A stretch of 64,000 bases of DNA, from assembly GCA_963773065.1 (NCBI GenBank), contig CAVYZN010000022.1, positions 1 through 64,000 of the forward strand, given 5' to 3'. The notes under the pieces were generated by a model. It made no database searches. It worked only from the letters and a program-made list of their open reading frames with translations, and was not told the origin of the DNA. This document shows, in pieces, positions 44,770 to 56,365 of the stretch. The stretch is from an uncultured Gammaproteobacteria bacterium. GTDB taxonomy: Bacteria > Pseudomonadota > Gammaproteobacteria > UBA9214. Numbering within the stretch: position 1 is the first letter of the stretch; each line of letters begins with the position of its first letter. Made by a program: the position numbers and the translations under genes.

Positions 44770-46549
44770 CTAAGAAGCATCCACGTTGCGCTGCAGCCAG
44801 AATTCCAGCAGCGCCAGGTGCCAGAGCTTGCTGCCGAGAATCGGCGTATGGTTCTGCTCCGGGTGTCGCAGCAGCCGCTCGACATAGCGGCGTTCGAACA
44901 GCCCGCGCTCGCGGCAGGCGGTGGAATCGAGCACACCGCGCACGAATTCCAGCACCTCGCCGCGAATGAATTTCAGCGCCGGCACCGGGAAATAGCCCTT
45001 GGGCCGGTCGATGACGACGTCCGGGCAGCAGGCCGCGCGCGATCATCTTCAGCAGGTGCTTGCCGCCCGACTTGAGCTTGATGTCCGGGGGGATCTGGAT
45101 GGCCAGCTCGACCAGCTCGTGGTCGAGAAACGGCACCCGCGCCTCCAGCCCCCACGCCATGGTCATGTTATCCACCCGTTTGACCGGGTCATCGACGATC
45201 AGCGTGGTCACGTCAAAAGCCAGCACGCGGTTCAGAAAGCTGTCCATGCCCGCCGATCTCAGCCCCTCGGCAACCCGCGGCGAGGTATAGTCGGGCCCGT
45301 GATACGCGGCGGTGACGGTCTCGATCAGTTCATCGTGGCCGCGGTCGAAGTACAGCGGCCGGAAGCGTTCGATGTCGCTGCCGGCGGCCGCCTGCATCCG
45401 CGGATACCAGAAATAGCCGCCGAACACCTCGTCGGCCCCCTGTCCGCTCTGTACCACCTTGACCTCCCGCGACACCCGCTCACCCAGCAGGTAGAACGCC
45501 ACGGCGTCCTGGCCGACCATGGGCTCGGCCATGTTGTCCACGGCCTCCGGCAAGCGGGCGAGCACTTCCTCGTTGGGAATGGAAAACCGGCGATGCCGGG
45601 TGCCGTAGAGGTCGGCGACCAGATCCGAGAATTCGAATTCACTGCCCTTCTCGTGGGGATGGTCCTCGAAACCCACCGAGAAGGTGTACAGATCACCCCC
45701 GCCGGCTTCCGCCAGCAGGGCAACCAGCAGGCTGGAATCGAGCCCCCCGGAGAGCAGGATGCCGACCGGCACGTCGGCTATCGTCCGCCGCCGCTCCACG
45801 GCGCGCCGCAGCGCCGCGTGTACGGCATCCGCCCACTCCCATTCCGTCAGCGCGGGAACGCGCGCCGGCGCGGCCAGCCGCCAGTAACGCCGCAGTTGCC
45901 TGCGGCCATCGGGGCCGATGGTCAGGCTGTGCCCGGGCGCAAGCTTGCGCAGCCCGCGCAACAGGGTCCGCGGCGCCGGCACGACGGCATGCAGGGTCAG
46001 GTGGTGGTGCAGGGCCACCGGATCGATGGCGGTATCGACGCCGCCGGCGGCGAGCAGCGCCTGGCTGGTGGAGGCAAAGCGCAGGCGCCGGGACGTCAGG
46101 CTGTAATACAGCGGCTTGATGCCCATGCGGTCACGCGCCAGGAACAGGGTGCGCGCCTTCGTGTCCCAGATCGCGAACGCGAACATGCCATGCAGGTAAC
46201 GGGGGCAGTCTACGCCCCACTGGGCATAGGCCTTGAGGATGACCTCGCTGTCCCCGTCGGTAAAGAAGTGGTAGCCCCCGGCGATCAGCTCCCGCCGCAG
46301 TTCCGGGTAGTTGTAGATGGTGCCGTTGAAAACCAGGACCAGGCCGAGTTCCCGGTCGACCATCGGCTGATTGGAACGCGCCGAGAGATCGATGACCGCC
46401 AGCCGGCGGTGCCCCAGCGCAACCGGCGCATCGAGGTATTGCCCCGCCGCATCCGGCCCGCGCCGCGCGAGCCGGGCCATCATCTCCAGGATCGTCCGCT
46501 GATCCGGGGGAGTTTCATCGAAGCGCAGTTCGCCGCATATGCCACACAT
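44770..46549 (-). CDS. Asparagine-synthase-family amidotransferase (N-acetylglutaminylglutamine amidotransferase-like), frameshift near 45020
   Basis: N-terminal CGICGE, LGHRRL, LLSGGLDSS, VQSGQGADEVFGGY and DDPVKRVDNMTMAWGLEARVPFLD. Confidence 0.9.
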
Positions 46550-46593
46550 GTGTCCAGTCCCGTGGAGATGATTGACCGTTGGCGCAATCGCGA

Positions 46594-46941
46594 TCAGGGC
46601 ACGACCGTCAGCCGGGACACCACCCGCCGCACGTGCGGCGTCGCGCGGGCCAGTTCAACGGCGCGCGCGGCGGCGGCCTGGCTCTTGACCGAACCCTGCA
46701 GGGTAACGACACCCTGGTAGGTCGTCACCCGGATGGCCAGCGCATCGACCAGGTGATCGTTGACGTACTTCGAATTGATCGTCGCGGTAATCGCGGCGTC
46801 ATGGGAGGTTTCCCCGGCGCCGGTCCGGGTCGCCGAGGTGTTGTGACCGCCCGCCGGCGCACCCCCGGCGATCAGGGCGGCGCAACCGGCGAGATGACAA
46901 CCGAGCATGAGCAGTAGGATCCCCAGCGGCAGCGTTTTCAT
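46594..46941 (-). CDS. BON-domain lipoprotein
   Basis: Lipobox LAGC and DAAITATI...IRVTTYQGVVTLQGSV. Confidence 0.85.
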   Translation of the reverse strand: MKTLPLGILLLMLGCHLAGCAALIAGGAPAGGHNTSATRTGAGETSHDAAITATINSKYVNDHLVDALAIRVTTYQGVVTLQGSVKSQAAAARAVELARATPHVRRVVSRLTVVP

Positions 46942-47044
46942 GCGTCCTTCCCGTCTCCCGTTGCTTCCGTCATCGCGACCCAAAGGCGCGCCGGACACTG
47001 TAACGCAGCCGCCCCTCGCTGGATATCGCATTCGTCGGGTACCT

Positions 47045-47218
47045 CGGGATATGCGCCGCCGGCGCACAGAGCCTGCCATGCGGATCGAATACGGCGCAGG
47101 AGAAGTCCAACCGGTTCTTGATGGTGGTCGAGAACGCGGCATGCCGCAGCACCGCCCCCATCTCCTCGCAGGCGGCGTCGATGCGGCTGGAAAACACACT
47201 GAGGCCGATGGCGTCCAC
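47045..47218 (-). pseudogene. Hydantoinase B / 5-oxoprolinase N-terminal fragment
   Basis: DAIGLSVFSSRIDAACEEMGAVLRHAAFSTTIKNRLDFSCAVFD...AAHIP, after which homology stops. Confidence 0.75.
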
Positions 47219-47440
47219 GCAATTCACTTTCTCACGATTCAACCTTTCCGAGGGTGATTTTCCCACGCCCTGCCGGCCGGCGTAAGACTATGCTTTGACT
47301 GGGAGATTTCCCGCCGGGCGCGTATTGCATTATGCCCGGTCCTGCCTTATGCTCCCTTGCCCGAGCGATTTAGTCATCTTTTCATCAGCCGTTCCGAAGC
47401 AACCAAACCAGCGGATTTTTCCAAAAGGAGTTTGCAGAAC

Positions 47441-48037
47441 ATGAATCCCCTAACTTCCATACCGGGTACCATTATCTCCGGATTCGTACTCGCCATCGTC
47501 ATTGTATTCGCCCTTGGGCCGACGGGTGTCAACGCGCTTGAAATCGCCGTCTGGGCCCATGTCCTCGTCGGCATCACCTGGATCGGCCTGCTGTACTACT
47601 TCAACTTCGTGCAGGTTCCGGCGGTGGGCGCCGCGCTCAAGGACCAGGGCGGCCCCGGGCCGGCCGGCATCAACAAGTACGTCGCGCCGCGCGCCCTGCT
47701 CTGGTTCCGCTGGGCCGCCGTGGCCACCTGGCTCACCGGCGCCGCCGCCCTCGCCCACCTGCACATACTGCAACCCGCCTTCACCTTCGAGGGCTTCAGC
47801 TTTGCCACCAGCATATCGGTGATCGGCATCGGCGCCTGGCTGGGCACCATCATGCTGTTCAACGTCTGGGTGCTGATCTGGCCGAACCAGAAAAAGATCC
47901 TGGGCATGAAGCAGGCCAGCCCCGAGGAGATCGCCGCGGCGAAAAAGGTCGCCCTGATGGCTTCGCGCACCAACGCACTGCTGTCCATCCCCATGCTGAT
48001 GTGCATGACCGCCTACGCGCACAACCTGCCGTTCTAG
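47441..48037 (+). CDS. PuuD-like (urate hydroxylase N-domain) membrane protein
   Basis: HVLVGITWIGLLYYFNFVQ, LLWFRWAA, IMLFNVW.LIWPNQKK and SRTN. Confidence 0.75.
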   Translation: MNPLTSIPGTIISGFVLAIVIVFALGPTGVNALEIAVWAHVLVGITWIGLLYYFNFVQVPAVGAALKDQGGPGPAGINKYVAPRALLWFRWAAVATWLTGAAALAHLHILQPAFTFEGFSFATSISVIGIGAWLGTIMLFNVWVLIWPNQKKILGMKQASPEEIAAAKKVALMASRTNALLSIPMLMCMTAYAHNLPF

Positions 48038-48235
48038 CCCGCAACCCGACCGCGCGGAGGCTGACCCGGCGCGGTCCTATGCGCCATCAGCCGCCGCGGA
48101 ACCAGAGAACCCGGCCACCGGCCGGGTTCGCGTTTTTCGGGATGTTTGCCTGCGGATTTTTCCGGTTATAGAATCGGCGCTATCGAGAGGCAGTCTTGGA
48201 CGGGCTGCCTTTTCTTTTTCAGGATTTGGAAAAAT

Positions 48236-49411
48236 ATGGCGGACCATCTTATGTCGACCTATGCCCGGCTCCCGGTCCGGTTTGAACGGGGTGAGGGCGT
48301 ATGGTTGTGGGACACGGAAGGCAGGCAGTACCTGGACGCGCTCGGCGGCATTGCGGTATGCGTCCTGGGCCACGCCCACCCCGCCGTCGCGCAGGCCATC
48401 GCGGACCAGGCCAGGCGGCTGGTGCATACCTCCAACCTCTATGGCATCACCCTGCAGGAACAACTGGCGGATCGTCTGTGCGGGCTCTCCGGCATGGAGC
48501 GCGCGTTCTTCTGCAACTCGGGCGCCGAGGCCAATGAAGCGGCCATCAAGATCGCCCGCCTGTTCGGCCATGGCAGGCACATCGGCACACCGGCCATCAT
48601 CGTCATGGAGAACAGCTTCCATGGCCGCACCCTGGCGACGCTCACGGCGACCGGCAACCGCAAGGTCCAGGCGGGATTCGAGCCGCTCGTACAGGGTTTC
48701 ATCCGGGTTCCCTACAACAACCTGCACGCCATCGAAACCGTCGCCGACAACAGCAGCGATGTCGTCGCCGTGCTGGTCGAACCGATCCAGGGTGAAGGCG
48801 GGATCAACATCCCGGATCCCGATTATCTGCTGGGCTTGCGCCGGATCTGCGATGACCAGGGCTGGCTGCTGATGCTGGATGAAATCCAGACCGGCATGGG
48901 GCGCACCGGAGAATGGTTCGCCTACCAGCATGTCGGCATCCTTCCGGACGTCGTGACCGTGGCCAAGGCGCTCGGCAACGGCGTACCGATCGGCGCCTGC
49001 CTGGCGCGCGGAACGGCGGCCGGGCTCATGCATCCCGGCAATCACGGCACCACCTTCGGCGGCAACCCGCTCTCGGCCCGCGCGGCCCTGACGGTGCTGC
49101 ATACGCTCGAGCAGGGGCGGCTGCTTGCGCATGCCGGCGAACTCGGGCAGCGGTTGCTGGAGGGTTTCCGCGAGCGGCTCTCCGGGCTGCCCGGCGTGAA
49201 AGAGATACGCGGCCTCGGGCTGATGATCGGCATCGAGCTCGACCGGCCCTGCGCCGACCTGGTCTTGCGCGCCCTGGAGCGCGGCCTGCTGATCAACGTC
49301 ACGGCCGAACGCGTGATCCGGCTGCTGCCTCCCCTGGTGACGACGGCGCACCAGGGCCAGATGATCGTCGATCGGGTCAGCGAGCTGGTGCGTGAATTTC
49401 TCGCGGAGTGA
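48236..49411 (+). CDS. argD: Acetylornithine aminotransferase
   Basis: CNSGAEANEAAIK, SFHGRT, EPIQGEGG, DEIQTG and AKALGNG. Located upstream of argF. Confidence 0.95.
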   Translation: MADHLMSTYARLPVRFERGEGVWLWDTEGRQYLDALGGIAVCVLGHAHPAVAQAIADQARRLVHTSNLYGITLQEQLADRLCGLSGMERAFFCNSGAEANEAAIKIARLFGHGRHIGTPAIIVMENSFHGRTLATLTATGNRKVQAGFEPLVQGFIRVPYNNLHAIETVADNSSDVVAVLVEPIQGEGGINIPDPDYLLGLRRICDDQGWLLMLDEIQTGMGRTGEWFAYQHVGILPDVVTVAKALGNGVPIGACLARGTAAGLMHPGNHGTTFGGNPLSARAALTVLHTLEQGRLLAHAGELGQRLLEGFRERLSGLPGVKEIRGLGLMIGIELDRPCADLVLRALERGLLINVTAERVIRLLPPLVTTAHQGQMIVDRVSELVREFLAE

Positions 49412-49414
49412 CCC

Positions 49415-50318
<904 letters not shown>

Positions 50319-50327
50319 GATCCGGCC

Positions 50328-51107
50328 ATGTGCAGACTCGCCGCCTACCTCGGCCCCGGGATACCGCTGCAGCAGTTTCTGCTGGAGCCGGCGCACAGTC
50401 TGTACCAGCAGGCCCGGGAACCACGGGAACTCAAGTATGCGAAGCTCAATGCGGACGGTTACGGCTTCGCCTGGTACGGCCCGGATGGACGCCCCGCGGC
50501 CTATACCAGCGTCTTGCCCATCTGGTCGGATCACAACCTGCCCCACCTCGCCCGCACCCTGATAAGCCCGTTGTGGCTGGCCGACGTGCGCAGTGCGACC
50601 GCCGGCCAGCCGGTACACCCGTTCAACACGCCGCCGTTCCATGATGAACAGTACCTGTTCGCGCACAACGGCTTCATCCGGGAATTTCACCTCCAGGTGC
50701 GCCCCGCGATGAACGAGATGCTCTCCCCCGCCATCGCCGCGGCTATCCATGGCAACACGGATTCCGAATATCTCTTCGCCTGCCTGCGGCAACTGCTCGA
50801 GGACGACCCGGATCTCCCCCTGAGCGATGCCCTGTCTGAACTCTTCGAGCGGCTGGCGGAATGGGTCGATGAGGAGCAGGCGCTGCTCAATATCATCGTC
50901 ACCGAGGGTGACCGGCTCTATGCCGCCCGGCACGCGCTCAACGACGAATGCCCTTCCCTCTATTACACCACCGATGACGAGATGTTTCCCGGCGGCCAAC
51001 TGGTGGCCTCGGAACCTTTCACGGCCGACAGCTTCTGGCTGCCCGTTCCCGATCATCACATCCTGATCCTGGATGCGCAAAACCCGCCCGAGCTGCTGGA
51101 GCTTTAG
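50328..51107 (+). CDS. egtC: EgtC-like class II glutamine amidotransferase (Ntn hydrolase)
   Basis: MCRLAAYLG, PAHSL..Q, NADGYG, VRSAT, HNG, TDSE and VASEP. Confidence 0.8.
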   Translation: MCRLAAYLGPGIPLQQFLLEPAHSLYQQAREPRELKYAKLNADGYGFAWYGPDGRPAAYTSVLPIWSDHNLPHLARTLISPLWLADVRSATAGQPVHPFNTPPFHDEQYLFAHNGFIREFHLQVRPAMNEMLSPAIAAAIHGNTDSEYLFACLRQLLEDDPDLPLSDALSELFERLAEWVDEEQALLNIIVTEGDRLYAARHALNDECPSLYYTTDDEMFPGGQLVASEPFTADSFWLPVPDHHILILDAQNPPELLEL

Positions 51108-51114
51108 CCCGGGT

Positions 51115-51145
51115 GAATACTCCACCGGCGAAAGCCGGTGGCTTC
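51115..51145. repeat. IS200/IS605-end-like hairpin
   Basis: ccaccggc-gaaa-gccggtgg (51122-51141). No transposase is adjacent. Confidence 0.45.
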
Positions 51146-51197
51146 GGGTTACAGCTGATGTCGCTGAGCAGCACCTGAAAAGCGCGTTGCCAGGCCG

Positions 51198-51345
51198 TCA
51201 GGCCGCGGCCACCACCGGCGCGCCCGCGGTCAGCCGCGCGATAAATTCCTCCAGCGACATATCCAGCCGCTCGACGCCCTGCCCGGCGAGAAAACGCTGC
51301 TCGTTGCGCGTGAGCGGGAATCACCACCCAGTGGCGCGCCGACGA
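51198..51345 (-). pseudogene. 3' fragment of a nif-associated SIR2-like gene
   Basis: Reads SSARHWVVI / PLTRNEQRFLAGQGVERLDMSLEEFIARL...* with no 5' part. Confidence 0.55.
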
Positions 51346-51549
51346 ATCTGTCAGCACAAGTGCAAGGGGAAGGAATGCACTGCGTGCTGTCCGGCCTGCT
51401 GCTATCTCGAGGAAGGCACAGGCAACGTGGTGCTAATCACCGACAGCTGCCTTGAATGCGGCACCTGCCGCATCATCTGCACCGAACACCGCAACGTCGA
51501 CTGGGAATATCCGCGCGGCGGTTACGGCGTGCTGTTCAAGTTCGGTTAG
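51346..51549 (+). pseudogene. fixX: FixX-like ferredoxin, 5'-truncated
   Basis: CTACCPACCY...DSCLECGTCRIIC...WEYPRGGYGVLFKFG*. The N-terminus, start codon and RBS are missing. Confidence 0.75.
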
Positions 51550-51565
51550 GCACGACGATGTAGGC

Positions 51566-51694
51566 GTAGCCCGGATTGAGCGAAAGCGAAACCCGGGTTT
51601 GGGGAATCCGTCCATGGACTCCGCCCTGCGGGCCAGCCTGCGGCTGTCCAACATCGCTCCCGGCGATGTTGTCAGTCCGTTCAACCCAAGCTAC
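51566..51694. repeat. GTAG-type REP pair with an internal palindromic insert
   Basis: gtagcccggattga ... tcaacccaagctac. The insert ccctgcgggccagcctgcggctgtccaacatcgctcccggcgatgttgtc resembles 15251-15310. Confidence 0.6.
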
Positions 51695-51760
51695 GGCGCA
51701 GATCCTGACCGTAATCCGGGCGCCTTTCACGCGTCCCTTACACGTGACGCAGGTTGACGG

Positions 51761-53047
51761 CTACAGCCCAAGCTCCGCCCCACCGATCTCACGCGCGTGC
51801 CTGAACGCGCTGCTTACCTTATCGATCTCGGCAGTGGAAACGCCATAGTCCTCGAAGCGGCCTTTCCACTCGCGCACGACGCGCCAGAGCCTGTCGACAA
51901 TCGCCAGCGCCTGGTCGCGGGTGAGTCCGAAACGGGCGGCCCAGCCCATGGCGTTGGTGAGCGTGGCCAAGCGCCCTTGCGGGCCGATGCCGAGGTGCAG
52001 GAAGCGATCCGACGCATGCGTAGGCCGGGGCACTACGTCATAGAGCGGGCTCAATACCCATCCCCGCGCTTCGGGTTCCAACAGCAGCCCATGGTTGCGC
52101 AGGTGATCGTCGTCGTTGGTCACTAGAATGTTGAATACCATCCGCGCGAATAGTTCTTCCAGGTCCGCGGCGATTCGCCGGGCGGCGCCATGGCGGCGCA
52201 AGGCATCCGCGATATCGGCGTAGTTTTTTTGGGGCGAGTCCTGCTCCGGGCAGCCGACGAGCGTGAGCGCGCTGATGAAATGTCGCCGGGTCATCGCACC
52301 GCCAACGCCCACACGGTCGAAACGTTCGATCAGCAGGATGTGCTGTCCCGCACCGATCTCGATCATGTCGATCCGCGGCACGGTGAGACCGGCCGCGCCC
52401 GCGAGCTTGAGCGTGGCCGCTTCCACGACGGGGACATCGTAGCCGTCCGAGCGCGACGGAAACTTCGCGAGCCAGAGCTTTCCTTCCGCATCCGCCACCG
52501 CCGCCTTGGGCCGCGCCCCGCCGAGCGAGCTGCCCGCATCGAAGAAGGCTGCAAGACGCGCGGGAACAGACAGTCCGGCTTCGATGCGCTGGGCGGCTTC
52601 GAGAAAGTAGTCCAGCTTGCGAATGTCTCCGAGTTCGCCTCCGGCCTCGCCCACGTCGAGGCCGGTGCGCACGTCCAGCGCGCCCACCCGGTTGGCGCCT
52701 GCCGCGAGCAGATAGTCCGATTCGGGCAGGCTGTTCTGCGGCACCTTGCGCCGCGCTTCGATGACGCGCCGGCCCCAGGCGTCAGGCGCCGCGTCGCGGA
52801 TGGCGCCGAACAAGGTAAGCCCCGCCACGGGATGCAGCACGACACCGCGCACGGCATCCTTGTTGCGCAAACCGAGACTCACCGGGTCGATCTCGATGGC
52901 GTTGGGGCGATCGAGATAACGCAAGCCGTAAACGAAGCCGGCGCCCTTCTGTGTCGTCCCTTCCTCTTCCAGGGTGAGCAGTCCCGCCGGAACGGCCGTC
53001 GGCTCGCCTGGGAGATAGGCAAAGACCGCCAGTTCCCTAGAAGTCAT
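51761..53047 (-). CDS. hipA: HipA-family kinase toxin
   Basis: DAAPDAWGR, SSLGGARPKA, LAKFP, LIERFDR, NDDDHLRNH and LSPLYD. Confidence 0.92.
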   Translation of the reverse strand: MTSRELAVFAYLPGEPTAVPAGLLTLEEEGTTQKGAGFVYGLRYLDRPNAIEIDPVSLGLRNKDAVRGVVLHPVAGLTLFGAIRDAAPDAWGRRVIEARRKVPQNSLPESDYLLAAGANRVGALDVRTGLDVGEAGGELGDIRKLDYFLEAAQRIEAGLSVPARLAAFFDAGSSLGGARPKAAVADAEGKLWLAKFPSRSDGYDVPVVEAATLKLAGAAGLTVPRIDMIEIGAGQHILLIERFDRVGVGGAMTRRHFISALTLVGCPEQDSPQKNYADIADALRRHGAARRIAADLEELFARMVFNILVTNDDDHLRNHGLLLEPEARGWVLSPLYDVVPRPTHASDRFLHLGIGPQGRLATLTNAMGWAARFGLTRDQALAIVDRLWRVVREWKGRFEDYGVSTAEIDKVSSAFRHAREIGGAELGL

Positions 53048-53378
53048 AGTGCTTGAGCGCCTTGGGGGAGAGTTTGCGGGCGCGCTGCCGCTTCTCCGCG
53101 CTTTCCAGCATGGCGAGGGCGGCGTCTTGCGTCTCGTACAAACGGCCCAGATTCGCGCCGGGGACGATGACGTCCAGATAACGCACGATCTGGCCGATGG
53201 CGACGGCCGCATCTCCATGCTCGATGCGCGAAGCGGTCTCGCGGCTGATATTCGCACGCACGGCCGCTTCGGCCTGCAGCAGACGACGGGCCTTGCGCAG
53301 GCGCGCGAGGTGCTCGCCGAGATGCTTGAGCCCCTGGGCGAGATGCGGGGGCATTGAAATGTTTTGCGCTTTTTTCAT
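53037..53378 (-). CDS. XRE-family HTH antitoxin (HipB-like)
   Basis: LRKARRLLQAEAAVRANISRETASRIEHG. Overlaps the hipA start. Confidence 0.85.
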   Translation of the reverse strand: MKKAQNISMPPHLAQGLKHLGEHLARLRKARRLLQAEAAVRANISRETASRIEHGDAAVAIGQIVRYLDVIVPGANLGRLYETQDAALAMLESAEKRQRARKLSPKALKHYDF

Positions 53379-53564
53379 ATGGCTTATTTCCTGCACAACA
53401 ACATTAATGACGGATTTAAGCCATATTAGATATAGAGTAAGCGCTGGTCAAGGAGATGGATGCATATAGCCGTCATTACCCAATTACAGTCGGATATTAG
53501 GCATAACCATACTATTCCCTTGCAGGTTGTTATCACCGAGTGCGCTCTGGCTCCCTTGCGATAT

Positions 53565-54644
53565 TCAACCCACCAACGCCACCGCCTTGATCTGTGCCCA
53601 CAGGGTCTGGCCCGGGCGCAGGTTCAGGTTGGCGGCGGAGCGCCGCGTGAGGCGCGCGACCAGCGGGACGCCGCCGGCGTTGAGGCGCACCAAGGCCAGC
53701 GCGGGATGGGTGTCGTCGGCGATCTGCTCGACCGTCGCGGGCAGGACGTTGAGGATGCTGCTGTCGCCGTGGGTTTCCAGCGCCAGGCTGATGTCGCGCG
53801 CCAGGATGCGCACGCGCACGCGTTGACCGATCGGCACGCCGCTGTCGCGCACCCAGAGATGTCCGCCGGGGAAGGCGATGCGCGCCAGATGCCATTGCGC
53901 GTCGCGTTCGGCCACCGCGCCTTCCAGCACCACGCCGGTGTCTTCGCCGAGCCGGATGGGCAGATCGATCCGCGCCAGGGTTTCGCTCAACGGACCGCTG
54001 GCGAGCACGCGGCCCTGTTCCAACACCACCAGATGATCGGCCAGATGCGCGACCTCGTCGGGCGCGTGGCTGACGTAGATCACCGGGATTTCCAGCTCAT
54101 CGTGCAGGCGTTCCAGATAGGGCAGGATTTCCTGCTTGCGCGCGAGATCCAGGGCCGCGAGCGGTTCGTCCATGAGCAGCAGTTGCGGACTGGTGAGCAG
54201 GGCGCGGGCGATGGCCACGCGCTGGCGTTCGCCGCCCGAGAGCCGCGCCGGCAAGCGGCCCAGCAACGAATCGATGCCCAGCAGATCGATCACCGATTGC
54301 ATGTTCACCGCGCGTGCGCCCGCCGCGCACGCGTTTGAGTCCGTATTCCAGATTGCGGCGGACACCGACAGATGCGCAAACAGACTGGCCTCCTGGAACA
54401 CATAACCCAATGGCCGACGATGCGTGGGCAGAAAAATCCCCTGCGCGTCGTCCTGCCAGATCGCGCCGTTCACTTCCAGATAACCGCCGGGCGCGCGCTC
54501 CAGTCCGGCGATGGCGCGCAGGCAGGTGGTCTTGCCGGAACCCGAGACACCGAACAGCGCGCTGACGCCGCGTCCGGGCAGTTGCAGATCCACATCCAGA
54601 CGGAAGCCGGGATGATTGATGCGAAAGCGCGCGCGGATGCTCAT
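53565..54644 (-). CDS. modC: Molybdate ABC transporter ATPase
   Basis: [30 protein letters not shown] and a C-terminal TOBE domain (AQIKAV). A short compensated frameshift lies near 54330-54365. Confidence 0.95.
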   Translation of the reverse strand: MSIRARFRINHPGFRLDVDLQLPGRGVSALFGVSGSGKTTCLRAIAGLERAPGGYLEVNGAIWQDDAQGIFLPTHRRPLGYVFQEASLFAHLSVSAAIWNTDSNACAAGARAVNMQSVIDLLGIDSLLGRLPARLSGGERQRVAIARALLTSPQLLLMDEPLAALDLARKQEILPYLERLHDELEIPVIYVSHAPDEVAHLADHLVVLEQGRVLASGPLSETLARIDLPIRLGEDTGVVLEGAVAERDAQWHLARIAFPGGHLWVRDSGVPIGQRVRVRILARDISLALETHGDSSILNVLPATVEQIADDTHPALALVRLNAGGVPLVARLTRRSAANLNLRPGQTLWAQIKAVALVG

Positions 54645-55324
54645 GTGCGCCGCCGGCCCGGATTCAGGGTATACAGCGCCAGCAGCACCAGGAACGCGAA
54701 CAGCACCATGCCCGCCGACAGCCAATGCGCCTGGGTGTATTCCAGCGCCTCGACGTGATCGTAGATCTGCACGGAGACCACGCGGGTCTTGCCGGGTATG
54801 TTGCCGCCGATCATCAGCACCACGCCGAATTCACCGACGGTGTGCGCGAAACCCAGGATGGTGGCGGTGAGGAAACCGGGTTTCGCGAGCGGCAGCGCCA
54901 CCGTGAAGAAGGCATCGAGCGGCGCGGCGCGCAGTGTCGCCGCGGCTTCCAGCGGGCGTTCACCGATGGCGTCGAAGGCATTCTGCAGCGGCTGCACCAC
55001 GAACGGCATTGAATACAGCACCGAACCCACCACCAGACCCGCGAAGGTAAACGGCAGCACGCCCAGCCCGAGTGCCTGCGTCAGTTGGCCGATCGGCCCG
55101 TTGGGCCCGAGCGTCACCAAGAGATAGAAACCCAGCACCGAGGGCGGCAGCACGATGGGCAACGCGACCAGCGCACCGACCGGGCCTTTCCACGCGGAAC
55201 GCGTGCGCGAAAGCCACCAGGCGATGGGCGTGCCGATCAGCAGGAGTATCACCGTGACCACCGTGGCCAGCTTCAGGGTCAGCCAGATCGCGGACAGGTC
55301 GGCGGCGCTGAAGATGGGATCCAT
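54641..55324 (-). CDS. modB: Molybdate ABC transporter permease
   Basis: [15 protein letters not shown] and [20 protein letters not shown]. Confidence 0.96.
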   Translation of the reverse strand: MDPIFSAADLSAIWLTLKLATVVTVILLLIGTPIAWWLSRTRSAWKGPVGALVALPIVLPPSVLGFYLLVTLGPNGPIGQLTQALGLGVLPFTFAGLVVGSVLYSMPFVVQPLQNAFDAIGERPLEAAATLRAAPLDAFFTVALPLAKPGFLTATILGFAHTVGEFGVVLMIGGNIPGKTRVVSVQIYDHVEALEYTQAHWLSAGMVLFAFLVLLALYTLNPGRRRT

Positions 55325-55333
55325 GGAAGTTCA

Positions 55334-56287
<954 letters not shown>

Positions 56288-56365
56288 TCATGCCCGGCAG
56301 GGGTACTCCCGCCCCGGCGGGTAAAGGAGATTAGCTCCTGCAGTCGTTTTTGCTCGGTACTATCT

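Noticed and set aside
50328-51107. Complete ergothioneine pathway
   Set aside because: Only an egtC-like gene is present. There is no egtB or egtD in the window.
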